NCBI GenBank assembly: GCA_965279525.1
Contig: CBDIIB010000005.1
Coordinates: 1,376,001-1,440,000 of the forward strand
DNA from: Tagaea sp.
GTDB taxonomy: Bacteria > Pseudomonadota > Alphaproteobacteria > CACIAM-22H2
Length of the DNA stretch: 64,000 nucleotides
Direction of reading: 5' to 3'
Under the pieces are notes generated by a model. It had not been told where the DNA came from. It worked only from the letters and a program-made list of their open reading frames with translations, and searched no databases. The translations under genes and the position numbers were made by a program. Position 1 is the first letter of the stretch; every line of letters starts with the position of its first letter. Of the stretch, positions 1 through 10,232 are shown piece by piece.

Positions 1-3000
1 GGCGAAACGACGATGACCGGCGACCTGACGCTGCGCGCCGACGCGATGGCGACATCGGCGACGTCGCTCGTCTTCGCGCATACCGCGGCGTCGGGCACCG
101 TCACGTTCCGCACGGAGAGCGACGCGACGACGATCGGCGTCAATGGCGGCTCCGGCACGCTGGCGATCGCCGGCGGGCTGCTGACCGCGGCAGATGGATC
201 CAATTTCAACACGCTCAAGTTCGGGTCGGCGACGCAGAACAGCGCGATCCAGATCGACACCACGGCGTTCTCCCAGAACGTGGTCTTCCAGACGCTGGAT
301 GCCGTCTATTCCAACGGCATGTCGTTCGGCACCAAGAACCTGACCATCGACGCGGGCGGTACCTATACGCAGGGCGGCGGCATCTCGACTTCCGGCCTCG
401 TCACGTTCCAGGGCACGGGCGGCGTCACCGCGACGGATCCTGGCAACTCCTTCACGAACGTGCTGATCAACAAGACCGGTGCCGCCGCCGTCTCGATCAC
501 GACGACCGGGGTGCTCGATCTTTCCACGAGTACCCTCGCGACCGGCGCGCTGAGCCTGACAGCCGCCGGCGTCACGCAGTCCGGCGCGCTGACGACGGCC
601 GGTTCGATTTTCGTAAATGCCGGCGCCAATGCCATCGCGCTCGGTAACGCAAGCAACGCGATTTCCGGCAACGTACGCTTCTTCAATTCGGGCGCCAACG
701 ACGTCACGTTCGCGAACGGCGTCGCGACGAGTTTCGGCGGCGGCACGACGACCGTCGGCGGCAATCTGAGCGTTACGACGACCGGCGCCATGACGCAGGC
801 GAGCGCGCTTTCGGTCGCCGGCAATGCCACGTTCAATGCAGGCGGCAACGCGATCACGCTGAACAACGCGGCGAACGCGGTTACCGGCAATGCCGCGTTC
901 ACCAACGCCGCCGACACCGTGACGTGGCGCGAAGCCGCCGCCGTGTCGCTGGCGGCGTCGAGCAGTGCGGCTCTCAGCGTGCAGGCGGGCGGTGCGATCA
1001 CGCAGGCCGGCGCCCTGACCGTCGCCGGCGCCGCCTCGTTCAATGCCGGCGCAAACGCGATCACGCTGACCGACGCGTCCAACGCGCTCTCGGGCTCGGT
1101 CACGCTGATCAACACCGGCGCCAACAACGTGCAGCTGACGAATGCGGGCGCCATCGGCCTGAACGGCTCGTCGGTCGGCGGCAACCTGACGCTGATCAAG
1201 ACAGGTGCGGGCGACATCACCCAGTCGACGCCGCTGACGGTCGGCGGCACGCTTTCGGCCGATGCCGGCAGCGGGCTCGTCACCCTCAACCAGGGTGCGA
1301 ACTCGATCACCGGTGCCGTCTCGCTTTCCAGCACGAATGTCGGGACGAGCACGATCCAGAACGGCGGGCCGCTCGTCCTCGGCACGGTGAACCTCACCGG
1401 CAATCTCGACGCGATCGGAAATTCCGGCGCCATCACGCAGAGCGGCGTGATCACGACCGGCGGAGACGCCACCTTCACCACGGGCGGCTATGCGATCACA
1501 CTCGCCAACGCGTCCAACGCGGTGGGCGGCAGCGTTTCGCTGAACAACACGGGCGCCAACGCCGTGTCGTGGCAGGAAGCGGGCGCCGTCTCGCTGGCCG
1601 CGTCGGGCGTCGGTGGCGACCTGACGGTAACGGCCGGCGGTGCCCTCACCCAGGCCGGTGCGCTGACCGTCGGTGGCAATGCGGTTTTCGCCGCTGGCGC
1701 CAATTCGATCACGCTGACGCATGCATCGAACGCGGTCGCCGGGGCGGTGGGCTTCAGCAACACCGGCGCCAACGCCGTTTCGTGGAACGAGGCGGCGGCG
1801 GTGGCGCTCGGCGTGTCGACGATCGGCGGGACCTACACCGTGACGGCGGGCGGTGCCATCACACAGACGGGCGACCAGACGGTGGCCGGCGCTTCGAGCT
1901 TCACGACCGGCGCCAACAACATCACGCTCGACAGTTTCGGGAACAATTTCACGGGCGCGGTCGACCTCTCCAACACCGGTGCGACCGCGACCACCGACCT
2001 GTGGGCCGGCTCCAGTCTGGTGCTCGGCACGATCAACGTCGCCGGCGGCGCCCTGACGCTGAAGAATTCCGGCGCCCCCAACATCACGCAGACGGGGTCC
2101 ATCACGCAGGCCGCCGGCGGCGGCGCCGTGATGATCCAGGCCATCACCGGCGATACGGCGCTGAGCCAGGCCAACAGCTTCTCGGGCGACGTGACGGTCG
2201 CGGGCCTTACGGGCTCCATCACGGCCAACCAGACCGTCACCGGCGCGGGTAAGTATTTCGTCTTCGGCCCGACCACGTCGGCCTCGCTCGGCGCGAACAT
2301 CACGACGAACAACGGCCAGATCGGCTTCCAGCCGGACACGACGCTGACCGCCAACGCCACGCTGAATGCCGGTTCCGGCGACATCTATTTCAGCAACACA
2401 CTCGACGGCGCATATGCGCTGACGGCAACGACGACCGGTTCGGTTGACTTCTTCGGCGCCGTCGGCGGCACCACGGCGCTTACCAACCTGACGGTAAGTG
2501 CGGGTACCGGTGTCTCGCTCCAGGGCGACGTCACCACGACCGGCGCCCAGAGCTATGCCGGGGCTGGCACCGCTGGCTTCGCCGGCGGCGCGGTCGTACT
2601 GACCGGCAACAGCATCAGCTTCGCCAACGCGCTTTCCGATGGCGCCGCTTCGGTGACGCTGGATGCCGGTGCGGGCGTGCTTGCCTTCGGTGGTGCGGTC
2701 ACGCTCGCCAGCGTCAATGCACTTGCGACCGGCGGCATCACGCTCGCGGGCAACGTCACCGCAACCACCGGCCCGATCAGTTTCGGTTCGGCGTTCTCGA
2801 CCACCGGCAGCTCGACAATCTCTTCGCCGAGCGGCGGGATGACGCTCGCCGGCGGTTCGTGGACGTCGGGCACGGTGTCGCTCGCGGCGCCGTTCATCGA
2901 CCTGACCGGGAGCTACACGAGCACCGGCGGCGCGTTCAGCGCGGTTGCCGATGTCGGCGTGAGCCTCGCCACGGCCACGATCACCACGAACGGCGGCAAC

Positions 3001-6000
3001 ATCACGCTCTCGGGCAATGCGGGCGGAGCTGCGGGCGGCGATTTCTCCGGTGTCGAACTCGTCAGTTCCACCATCGGTGCCGGCGGCGGCAACATCTCGA
3101 TGATCGGCATCGGCGGCGACGGCAACGGCAGTGCCGGATACCAGCACGGCATCGTGATCCAGAACACGGCCGTGACGACGACGGGTACCGGCACCATCAG
3201 CCTCGCCGGTACGAGCGGTGACACGAACGGCAACATCAATGTCGGCGTCTATGTCTATGGCGCCAGCAGCAACGTGCAGACCGTCAACGGGGCCATCACG
3301 GTGAACGGCACCGGCGGCACCGGGCCCGGCACCAACAATCCGGGCGTTTCGGTCGAACTGGGTGCCATCCATTCGACCGGAACCGGCAGTGTCACGGTGA
3401 TCGGCGTCGGCGGCCTCGACGGCCACGGCGTCATCGTCAGCGGCTCGACGGGAGCGATCCTCACGGCGAACGGCGCCCTCTCGATCACGGGTACGGGCGG
3501 CGGCGGGACCGCGGCCGGCATCAACGGCATCGTCGTCACGGATGTCGGTTCCGGCAGCGGCTCGATCGGATCGACGGGCAGCGGCACCGTGAATCTGGCA
3601 GGAACGGGCGGCAGCTCGAGCGGCCTGAACAATGCCGGCATCCGGATTGCGGAATCCGGCGCGATGGTCTTCTCCTCCAGCGGCAGTCTCACGCTCACGG
3701 GTACGGGCGGATCCGGGGGGAACGACTTCAACAACGGTATCGAGATCATCAACGCCGGTGCGGTATCGACCGCGGGCGGTGCCATGTCGCTCGACGGCAA
3801 TGCGGGCGGCGGCACGAACGCGTCGGGCATCGTGCTGCAGTCCGCCGCCACGATCACGACGACGGGCGGGGGCAACGTCGCGCTCGACGGCAACGGCACC
3901 ACCAACATGGGCCTCGTCGGCAATGCCGCGAACACGATCACCTCCAGCGGCACCGTGACGCTGGTCTCGAACAACGGCATCGCGTTTAACACTGTCGACA
4001 TCATCACGCCCGGCGCCTTCTCCGCCACGTCCGGTGCGGCCAACGTGCAGCTCGGCGGGCCGGCGAACGCGGTCGGCGGCACCGTCACGATCACGGCATC
4101 GGGCGGTGGCGACGCCGATTTCAGCAATACGATCGCCACGCAGCTTGGCGCCACGAACATCAGCGGATCCCTGTTCATCGTTTCGGGCGGCGCAATCACG
4201 CAGACAGCCGCCACGCTCAATGTCGGCGGCGATGCCGATTTCGAGGCTGCGTCGGGTGCCATCACGCTCAACAACGCGACCAACAACGTCGTCGGTTCCG
4301 TGGCACTCCTGACGGGTGCTGGCAATGCCAGCTTTGCCGCCTCGGGCGGCGTTGTGCTCGGCATATCGAACGTGACGGGCAACCTTGCGGTGACGGCGGC
4401 CGGCGACGTGACGCAGATCGACACCCTTACGGTCTCCGGCACGACCAGCGTCACGGCCGGCGCAAATCAGGTCCTGCTCAACGATCCCGCCAATGCCCTG
4501 ACCGGTGCCGTGACCGTATCCAACAGCGGTGCCAACGACGTCACCGTGACGACGGTCGGCGACCTTGTTCTCGGGAATCTCGCCGTGGGTTCGGGCAACC
4601 TGACCGTGATCGCCGGCGCCGGCGCGCCGGGCGGGATCACGCAGACGGGGACCATCGTCCAGGAGGCCGGTGCAGCCAGCGCCGCCTTCACGTCCGACGG
4701 GGGCATCACGCTCACCGGAAGCAACACGCTCACCGGGCCGCTCAGCGTCCTAGTCGGTGCCACCGGCGGCCTGGTGACGCTCAACAACACCGTGGCGACG
4801 GACATCGGCGGTGTGGGCGGCCCCGGTCTCAACAGCTTCTCGCTCACGTCGGGCGGAGCGGTCAGCCAAAGCGGCCCCATCAACACCCTCGCCGGCGACC
4901 TGTACGTCATGGCCACCGGGAACATCAATCTGAACAGCCCGGGCAATTCGGTGACGGGCGGCAACCTGGTGCTGACCGCGAATGGCGGCGGCAACGCAAT
5001 TTACTCCGGTACGGGCAACCTGACGCTCGGCGCGACCACCGTCGGCGGCAATCTGAATGTGTCGACGACCGGCGGGAACATCGGGCAGTCGACCGGCGTG
5101 ACCGTCGCCGGCACGACGGATCTGACGACGATCACGTCGGGTGCCATCACGCTCAACCAGGCCAACAGTTTCGGCGGCGCCGTCACGTTGACGTCGGCCG
5201 GGGCGCTGAACGTCTCGGCGATACAGACCGTTTCCACAAACTGGTTCACGGCGACCGCCGCCGGCGCGATCACGTTCGGCAGCGGCGGCGGCATCACCAC
5301 GACGGGCGGTGCCATCGATCTGACCGCGACCGCCAACGTCGCGATGAACACCTCGTCGCTTTCCTCGAACGGCGGCAACATCACCATCGTCGCCGGGCCC
5401 GGCGGCTTCACCGGTGCCGAACTCCTGGCCACCAGCATCAATGCCGGCGGCGGCGACATCTCGATCACCGGCCAGGGCCAGGCTTCGGGCAACAGCCAGC
5501 ACGGCATCTGGATCGGCGGGGGCACGAACATCACCACCACCGGTGCCGGCGACATCACGCTGACGGGGACCGGCGGTGCGGCCGGCGGCGGCGGCAATAT
5601 CGGCGTGTTCCTCTACAACGGCGGCGCGGTGCAGGCCCAGAACGGCACCGTGACCGTGATCGGCCAGGGTGCGGGCGGGGGCGGTTCGAATCACGGCGTG
5701 GCGTTCAACCTGGGCGGCCAGATCACCTCGACGGGCGGCGCCATCTTCGTGACGGGCACGGGCTCGACGGGTGCCGGTGGCGGCGACGGTGTGTGGATCG
5801 ACGGTACCGGCTCGAAGATCGAGAGCGTCTCGGGCAACATCACGGTCACGGGCACGGGCGCCACATCCGGCGCCGGCAACGACGGCGTGCGGATCGCCAA
5901 TGCCGGCTACATCGGCACGACTTCGGGGACGATCGGCGTCACGGGCGACGCCGGCGGCAGCGCGGGCATCGGCATCGCACTGGCGGACGGTGTCGCCACC

Positions 6001-8061
6001 GGCGGCGTCGTCTCGCAGGGAGCCGGCACGATCGGGCTCGTGGGCACGGGCACGGGCGGGCTTGCCGGCATCGGATCGTCCGGGACGATCTCGATCATCG
6101 GCGGCGGTTCGGCGACCGGCGGCATCACCCTGCAGACCGACGAGATCGACCTTGCCTCGGGTGCGGCGATCCAGACGGCCGGCATGCTGACGATCGACAC
6201 GATCACGCCGGGTCTGTCGATCGGCATCAACAATGCGGGAAGTGCCCTGAACATCGACGGCGCCACCTTCGCGAACGTTTCCGCCGGCATGGTGCGCATC
6301 GGCGGCGCTTCGGCCACCGGCCAGATCACGATCGGCGCCGATGCGACGAACAGCTACGGCGAGAACTTCATCTTCGAGAACGGCGCCGGCGCGCCCGGCG
6401 TGGCGTTCAACGGCGCGTTCTACACGTCGGGCGATCTCACGGTCATGACCGCCGGCACGATCACGCAGACGGCCGCGATCGCAGTCGACGGCATGGCGGG
6501 CTTCGTGGCGGACGGCAACATCGTGCTCGGCAACGCGGCCAACGCGATGGCCGGCGGAATCGGGTTCTCGAGCACCGGCGGCAACGTGACGATCGCGAAT
6601 ACCGGGCCGACGGATTTCCACATGTCCGACGCATCGGGCACGCTCGACGTATCGGTCACGACGGGCACGGTCAGCCAGCTCGGCGCGATCACCACGGGCG
6701 GTGCGGTCACCGTCGCGTCGCAGGGTGCCATCCTGTGGAACAACGCCAGCAACGCCTTCGGCGGCCCGCTCAACGTCACGACGACGGCGGGTGCCGACGC
6801 GACCTTCTTCAACACGTCCGCGACGACGTTCGGGACCGTCTCGGTCGACGGCGACCTGTCCGTCACGTCGGGCGGCACGATCGCGCAGGGCGGCACGCCG
6901 CTCGCGGTCGTCGGCACGTCGAGCTTCCAGTCGGTCGGCAACACGACGCTGGCCAACGCGACCAACAGCTTCGGCGGTGCCGTGAGCCTGACGACGACGG
7001 CCGGCGGCCACGCGGGCATCGCGGCGACGGGCCAGCTGATCCTCGGCACGTCCACCATCGCGGGCAACTTCGCGGCCTCGGTCGGCAGCCCGATGACGCA
7101 GACCGGCGCCCTCGCGGTCGCCGGCACCGCGGACTTCGCGGCCACGAACGGGCCGCTGACGCTGACGAATTCGTCGAACACGTTCGGCGGCATGGTCTCG
7201 CTGACCAATTCCGGCAACTTCGCCGTCGGCATCGCGGCGTCCGGCCTGCTGACGCTTGGCGACGTGTCGATGACCGGCGGTTCGACGGGCGGCTTCACCG
7301 CAACGGCCAGCAACGGCATCGCGCAGTCGGGCGGCACGACGATCCAGGCCGGTGCCGGCCCGACCGTGCTTGCCGGCGGCGGCGGGACGGTCGTGCTCGG
7401 CGAGGCGGGCAACGCCTTCGGCAATACGGTTTCGCTGTCCGGCACCGGCGGCACGCTCGCCGGGACGGTCAACAGCCAGAGCGGGGCGGCGGCCGCCCCG
7501 TTCGTCACCGCGACGGGCGGCATCTTCGACATCAACGGCACGACGGTCGGTTCGGCACCGGTCACGCCGCCATCGACCGGGACGCAAGCCGTCCTCAACG
7601 AGATCGCGGCGGTGGCACCCATCGACAGCGCCACGCGCGTCGTCGATACGGCGTCGACGGACAGCTCGGGCCTCGATTCGCCGGCGATCGATTCGACGCT
7701 GGGCGCTTCGACCGGCGACCTGGCGGGCGATACCGGCGGTTCCGGCACCGAAGAGTCGCAGCCGTCGACCGTCGCCGGGAGCGCGCCGCCGTCCGGCCAG
7801 TCCGCCGGCAGCCCGCCGCCGACCGGCCCCACCGGCGATGCCGGTGGCCCGCCACCGCCGTCGATCGTCGTGAGCGGCGATGCCGGGACCGGCGGCTCCA
7901 CGGCAAACGACGTGAACGCCAATCCCGCACCGCAGCCCGGTCCCGTCACGCTCGTGCCGGGCGTGCTGACCTCGATGCCGGGCACGCCCACCGTTTCGGG
8001 CGGCGGCGTGCCGGGCATCTCCGATCCGATGCCCCAGCAGGGCAACCCGTCGAACTGGTAA
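1..8061 (+). CDS. Giant filamentous haemagglutinin-like / beta-helical repeat surface protein, 5' truncated by the window
   Basis: Frame is open from base 1 (GGC GAA ACG ACG ATG), so the true start is probably upstream. At least 2682 aa, G/T/A/S/N-rich, with recurring ITQxGALTV..G..SF.AG.NAITL.N.SN repeats, a Pro/Ser/Gly tail and a terminal GNPSNW. No TPS domain is visible in the window. Confidence 0.85.
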   Translation, partial: GETTMTGDLTLRADAMATSATSLVFAHTAASGTVTFRTESDATTIGVNGGSGTLAIAGGLLTAADGSNFNTLKFGSATQNSAIQIDTTAFSQNVVFQTLDAVYSNGMSFGTKNLTIDAGGTYTQGGGISTSGLVTFQGTGGVTATDPGNSFTNVLINKTGAAAVSITTTGVLDLSTSTLATGALSLTAAGVTQSGALTTAGSIFVNAGANAIALGNASNAISGNVRFFNSGANDVTFANGVATSFGGGTTTVGGNLSVTTTGAMTQASALSVAGNATFNAGGNAITLNNAANAVTGNAAFTNAADTVTWREAAAVSLAASSSAALSVQAGGAITQAGALTVAGAASFNAGANAITLTDASNALSGSVTLINTGANNVQLTNAGAIGLNGSSVGGNLTLIKTGAGDITQSTPLTVGGTLSADAGSGLVTLNQGANSITGAVSLSSTNVGTSTIQNGGPLVLGTVNLTGNLDAIGNSGAITQSGVITTGGDATFTTGGYAITLANASNAVGGSVSLNNTGANAVSWQEAGAVSLAASGVGGDLTVTAGGALTQAGALTVGGNAVFAAGANSITLTHASNAVAGAVGFSNTGANAVSWNEAAAVALGVSTIGGTYTVTAGGAITQTGDQTVAGASSFTTGANNITLDSFGNNFTGAVDLSNTGATATTDLWAGSSLVLGTINVAGGALTLKNSGAPNITQTGSITQAAGGGAVMIQAITGDTALSQANSFSGDVTVAGLTGSITANQTVTGAGKYFVFGPTTSASLGANITTNNGQIGFQPDTTLTANATLNAGSGDIYFSNTLDGAYALTATTTGSVDFFGAVGGTTALTNLTVSAGTGVSLQGDVTTTGAQSYAGAGTAGFAGGAVVLTGNSISFANALSDGAASVTLDAGAGVLAFGGAVTLASVNALATGGITLAGNVTATTGPISFGSAFSTTGSSTISSPSGGMTLAGGSWTSGTVSLAAPFIDLTGSYTSTGGAFSAVADVGVSLATATITTNGGNITLSGNAGGAAGGDFSGVELVSSTIGAGGGNISMIGIGGDGNGSAGYQHGIVIQNTAVTTTGTGTISLAGTSGDTNGNINVGVYVYGASSNVQTVNGAITVNGTGGTGPGTNNPGVSVELGAIHSTGTGSVTVIGVGGLDGHGVIVSGSTGAILTANGALSITGTGGGGTAAGINGIVVTDVGSGSGSIGSTGSGTVNLAGTGGSSSGLNNAGIRIAESGAMVFSSSGSLTLTGTGGSGGNDFNNGIEIINAGAVSTAGGAMSLDGNAGGGTNASGIVLQSAATITTTGGGNVALDGNGTTNMGLVGNAANTITSSGTVTLVSNNGIAFNTVDIITPGAFSATSGAANVQLGGPANAVGGTVTITASGGGDADFSNTIATQLGATNISGSLFIVSGGAITQTAATLNVGGDADFEAASGAITLNNATNNVVGSVALLTGAGNASFAASGGVVLGISNVTGNLAVTAAGDVTQIDTLTVSGTTSVTAGANQVLLNDPANALTGAVTVSNSGANDVTVTTVGDLVLGNLAVGSGNLTVIAGAGAPGGITQTGTIVQEAGAASAAFTSDGGITLTGSNTLTGPLSVLVGATGGLVTLNNTVATDIGGVGGPGLNSFSLTSGGAVSQSGPINTLAGDLYVMATGNINLNSPGNSVTGGNLVLTANGGGNAIYSGTGNLTLGATTVGGNLNVSTTGGNIGQSTGVTVAGTTDLTTITSGAITLNQANSFGGAVTLTSAGALNVSAIQTVSTNWFTATAAGAITFGSGGGITTTGGAIDLTATANVAMNTSSLSSNGGNITIVAGPGGFTGAELLATSINAGGGDISITGQGQASGNSQHGIWIGGGTNITTTGAGDITLTGTGGAAGGGGNIGVFLYNGGAVQAQNGTVTVIGQGAGGGGSNHGVAFNLGGQITSTGGAIFVTGTGSTGAGGGDGVWIDGTGSKIESVSGNITVTGTGATSGAGNDGVRIANAGYIGTTSGTIGVTGDAGGSAGIGIALADGVATGGVVSQGAGTIGLVGTGTGGLAGIGSSGTISIIGGGSATGGITLQTDEIDLASGAAIQTAGMLTIDTITPGLSIGINNAGSALNIDGATFANVSAGMVRIGGASATGQITIGADATNSYGENFIFENGAGAPGVAFNGAFYTSGDLTVMTAGTITQTAAIAVDGMAGFVADGNIVLGNAANAMAGGIGFSSTGGNVTIANTGPTDFHMSDASGTLDVSVTTGTVSQLGAITTGGAVTVASQGAILWNNASNAFGGPLNVTTTAGADATFFNTSATTFGTVSVDGDLSVTSGGTIAQGGTPLAVVGTSSFQSVGNTTLANATNSFGGAVSLTTTAGGHAGIAATGQLILGTSTIAGNFAASVGSPMTQTGALAVAGTADFAATNGPLTLTNSSNTFGGMVSLTNSGNFAVGIAASGLLTLGDVSMTGGSTGGFTATASNGIAQSGGTTIQAGAGPTVLAGGGGTVVLGEAGNAFGNTVSLSGTGGTLAGTVNSQSGAAAAPFVTATGGIFDINGTTVGSAPVTPPSTGTQAVLNEIAAVAPIDSATRVVDTASTDSSGLDSPAIDSTLGASTGDLAGDTGGSGTEESQPSTVAGSAPPSGQSAGSPPPTGPTGDAGGPPPPSIVVSGDAGTGGSTANDVNANPAPQPGPVTLVPGVLTSMPGTPTVSGGGVPGISDPMPQQGNPSNW

Positions 8062-8072
8062 TCCTGCCGCGT

Positions 8073-8582
8073 CTAGCGGATGAACTGGTCGATATAGCCT
8101 TCGCCGAGGCCGTTGGCCGCGTAGTGCGCGCGGCATTTGGAAATGCGCGTGAACGCGTCGTCGTAGCCGGTCGTCCTGCCGTCCGGATCGACATAGATCA
8201 TCGCGCCGTTGACCTGGAAGAACGTGATCATCTCCTCCACATGCGGATCGACGACCAGCGTGTGCGTCTCGCCCGGTGCCTCGTAGACGTAACCGCCTTC
8301 GCGCGCGACCCAGTCATGCTCGAGATAGCGCCACTCGCCCTTCAGCACGAAACCGTGGACCGGCTGCGGGTGGCGGTGGCGCGACAGCACGCCGGACTTG
8401 CGCACGCGCAGGAGGTTCGTCCAGTACCCGTTCGCCGCCGACAGCACCAGCGGGCGGAACCACACGTTGGGCTCGAGCGGCACCCAGACGCGCTCGTCGG
8501 CCGGGATCGCCGGATGCACGACAAGCTCGGGCGGCGACTCCTTGGGCTGCGGATGGCGGTAGGGAACCCACTTGTCGTCCAT
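8073..8582 (-). CDS. Cupin, 2,4'-dihydroxyacetophenone dioxygenase / ChrR-like family
   Basis: MDDKWVPY start; cupin metal motifs RHRHPQPVHGFVLKGEW and YEAPGETHTL. Confidence 0.8.
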   Translation of the reverse strand: MDDKWVPYRHPQPKESPPELVVHPAIPADERVWVPLEPNVWFRPLVLSAANGYWTNLLRVRKSGVLSRHRHPQPVHGFVLKGEWRYLEHDWVAREGGYVYEAPGETHTLVVDPHVEEMITFFQVNGAMIYVDPDGRTTGYDDAFTRISKCRAHYAANGLGEGYIDQFIR

Positions 8583-8596
8583 GACCGGAAATCCTT

Positions 8597-9304
8597 TCAG
8601 ACGCTGGCGTAGCCGCCATCGACCGGCAGCGTTGCGCCGGTCACGAACGCGGCTTCCGCCGAAAGCAGGAACGCGACGGCACCGCCAAGATCGCCGGGCT
8701 GTCCCCAGCGCCCCGCCGGCGTGCGCGCGAGAATGCCGGCCGAGCGCGCGGGATCCTCGACAAGCGCTTTCGTCAGCGCCGTGTCGATCCAGCCGGGAGC
8801 GACCGCGTTGACGCGGATGCCGTCGGCCGCCCATGCGGCGGCAAGGCTCTTGGTGAGCTGCACGACCCCGCCTTTCGAGGCCGAATAGCCGGGAACGAAC
8901 GGCGAGCCGAAGATCGACAGCATCGACGCCGTGTTGACGATGGCGCCCTTCGACGCGGCGAGCAGCGGTCGCGCGGCAAGGCACATGCGCATCGTGCCGA
9001 CGAGATTGACGTCGATCGTGCGCCGGAAGCCCTCGACCGTGAACTCCTTGCCCTCGCGCTGGATGGTGCCGGCACAGTTGACCAGCCCGTCGAGCGTGTC
9101 GATTCCTGCGAACAGTCCGGCGACCGCCGCATCGTCGGTGACATCGAGTGCCCGGGCCAGGATCGCCGGGTCGGGCGCGAACGCCTCGGCTTCGCGCGGG
9201 GTGAGACCGGTGACCGTCACGCGCCAGCCGGCCGCGGCGAGATGTCGCGCGATCCCTTCGCCGATCCCGCTTGTCCCGCCGGTGACAAGGGCGTGGCGCG
9301 TCAT
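8597..9304 (-). CDS. Short-chain dehydrogenase/reductase
   Basis: TGGTSGIG, NCAG, YSASK, NAVAPG and VDGG motifs; ATGA overlap with the upstream kinase. Confidence 0.92.
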   Translation of the reverse strand: MTRHALVTGGTSGIGEGIARHLAAAGWRVTVTGLTPREAEAFAPDPAILARALDVTDDAAVAGLFAGIDTLDGLVNCAGTIQREGKEFTVEGFRRTIDVNLVGTMRMCLAARPLLAASKGAIVNTASMLSIFGSPFVPGYSASKGGVVQLTKSLAAAWAADGIRVNAVAPGWIDTALTKALVEDPARSAGILARTPAGRWGQPGDLGGAVAFLLSAEAAFVTGATLPVDGGYASV

Positions 9305-10230
9305 GCCGGGAGTGCTGCGAGGGCCGCGCGCACGTCGGCCGCGCGCGGGATCGGGGCGACGGCACCATAGCCTTGCGTGGAAAGGGCCGCAGCGGCGTTG
9401 GCATAGCCTGCGGCGGCGACCGGTGTGTCGCCCGCGGCAAGGCGTGCGACGAACGCGCCGCCGAACGTGTCGCCGGCCCCGGTCGCGTCGACCGGCTTGC
9501 ACGGATGGGGCTTCACGTGCGTGCGCGTGATCCTGTCGGCGACGATGCAGCCCTTGTCGCCCATCTTCAGCACCACGATTTTCGGCCCCATTGCGAGGAT
9601 GCGGTCGATCAGCGCGTTCGGCTCGACGATGTCGTAGAGCGCCGCGACGTCGTCGAGCGAAGGCAGGCACACGTCGCATTGCGCGATGGCTTCGCCCGTC
9701 ACGGCGCGTGCACGGTCCTTGGGCCACAGCTTGAGGCGCAGGTTGGTGTCGAACGTTATCTTCGCCCCGCCCCTGCGGGCCACGGCGATCGCGGCGAAGC
9801 AGGCATCGCAGGCGGACTGCGAGATCGCCAGCGAGATGCCCGACAGGTGCACGTAGCGCGCCGTGGCGAGATAGGTTTCCGGCACGTGCCGGGGGGCGAA
9901 CCGGCTGGCGGCCGAACCCTGGCGGAAGAACGAGAAATTGTGGCCGGCCGCGTCGTGCGTGACGAAATAGACGGCCGTGAACGCGTCGGCATCCTCGCGC
10001 ACGTGGCTGGCGTCCACGCCCTCCGCGCGCCACAGCTCGCGGAACATGTGCCCGTAGACATCGGCGCCGAGGGACGTCACGTAGCCGGTCTTCGCCCCCT
10101 GGCGTGCTGCCGCGATGGCGAAGTTGGACGAATCGCCGCCGAAGCCCTGCAGATAGGTGCGCCCGCCGTCGGCGCCGGTCTGGTTGAACTCCACCATCGG
10201 CTCGCCGATGGAAACGATGTCGAGACTCAT
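9301..10230 (-). CDS. kdgK: PfkB sugar kinase, 2-keto-3-deoxygluconate kinase-like
   Basis: IGEPMVEF, GGDSSN, FDTNLRLKLW and DATGAGDTF motifs. Confidence 0.8.
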   Translation of the reverse strand: MSLDIVSIGEPMVEFNQTGADGGRTYLQGFGGDSSNFAIAAARQGAKTGYVTSLGADVYGHMFRELWRAEGVDASHVREDADAFTAVYFVTHDAAGHNFSFFRQGSAASRFAPRHVPETYLATARYVHLSGISLAISQSACDACFAAIAVARRGGAKITFDTNLRLKLWPKDRARAVTGEAIAQCDVCLPSLDDVAALYDIVEPNALIDRILAMGPKIVVLKMGDKGCIVADRITRTHVKPHPCKPVDATGAGDTFGGAFVARLAAGDTPVAAAGYANAAAALSTQGYGAVAPIPRAADVRAALAALPA

Positions 10231-10232
10231 GC

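Noticed and set aside
400-7450. Repeats as a CRISPR array or DNA tandem repeat
   Set aside because: Degenerate in-frame protein repeats with no identical repeat-spacer periodicity; no cas genes
4750-8612. Long alternative-frame ORFs (1128 aa minus, 939 aa plus) over the adhesin
   Set aside because: Arg/Gly-rich shadow frames expected from GC-rich codon bias; no motifs
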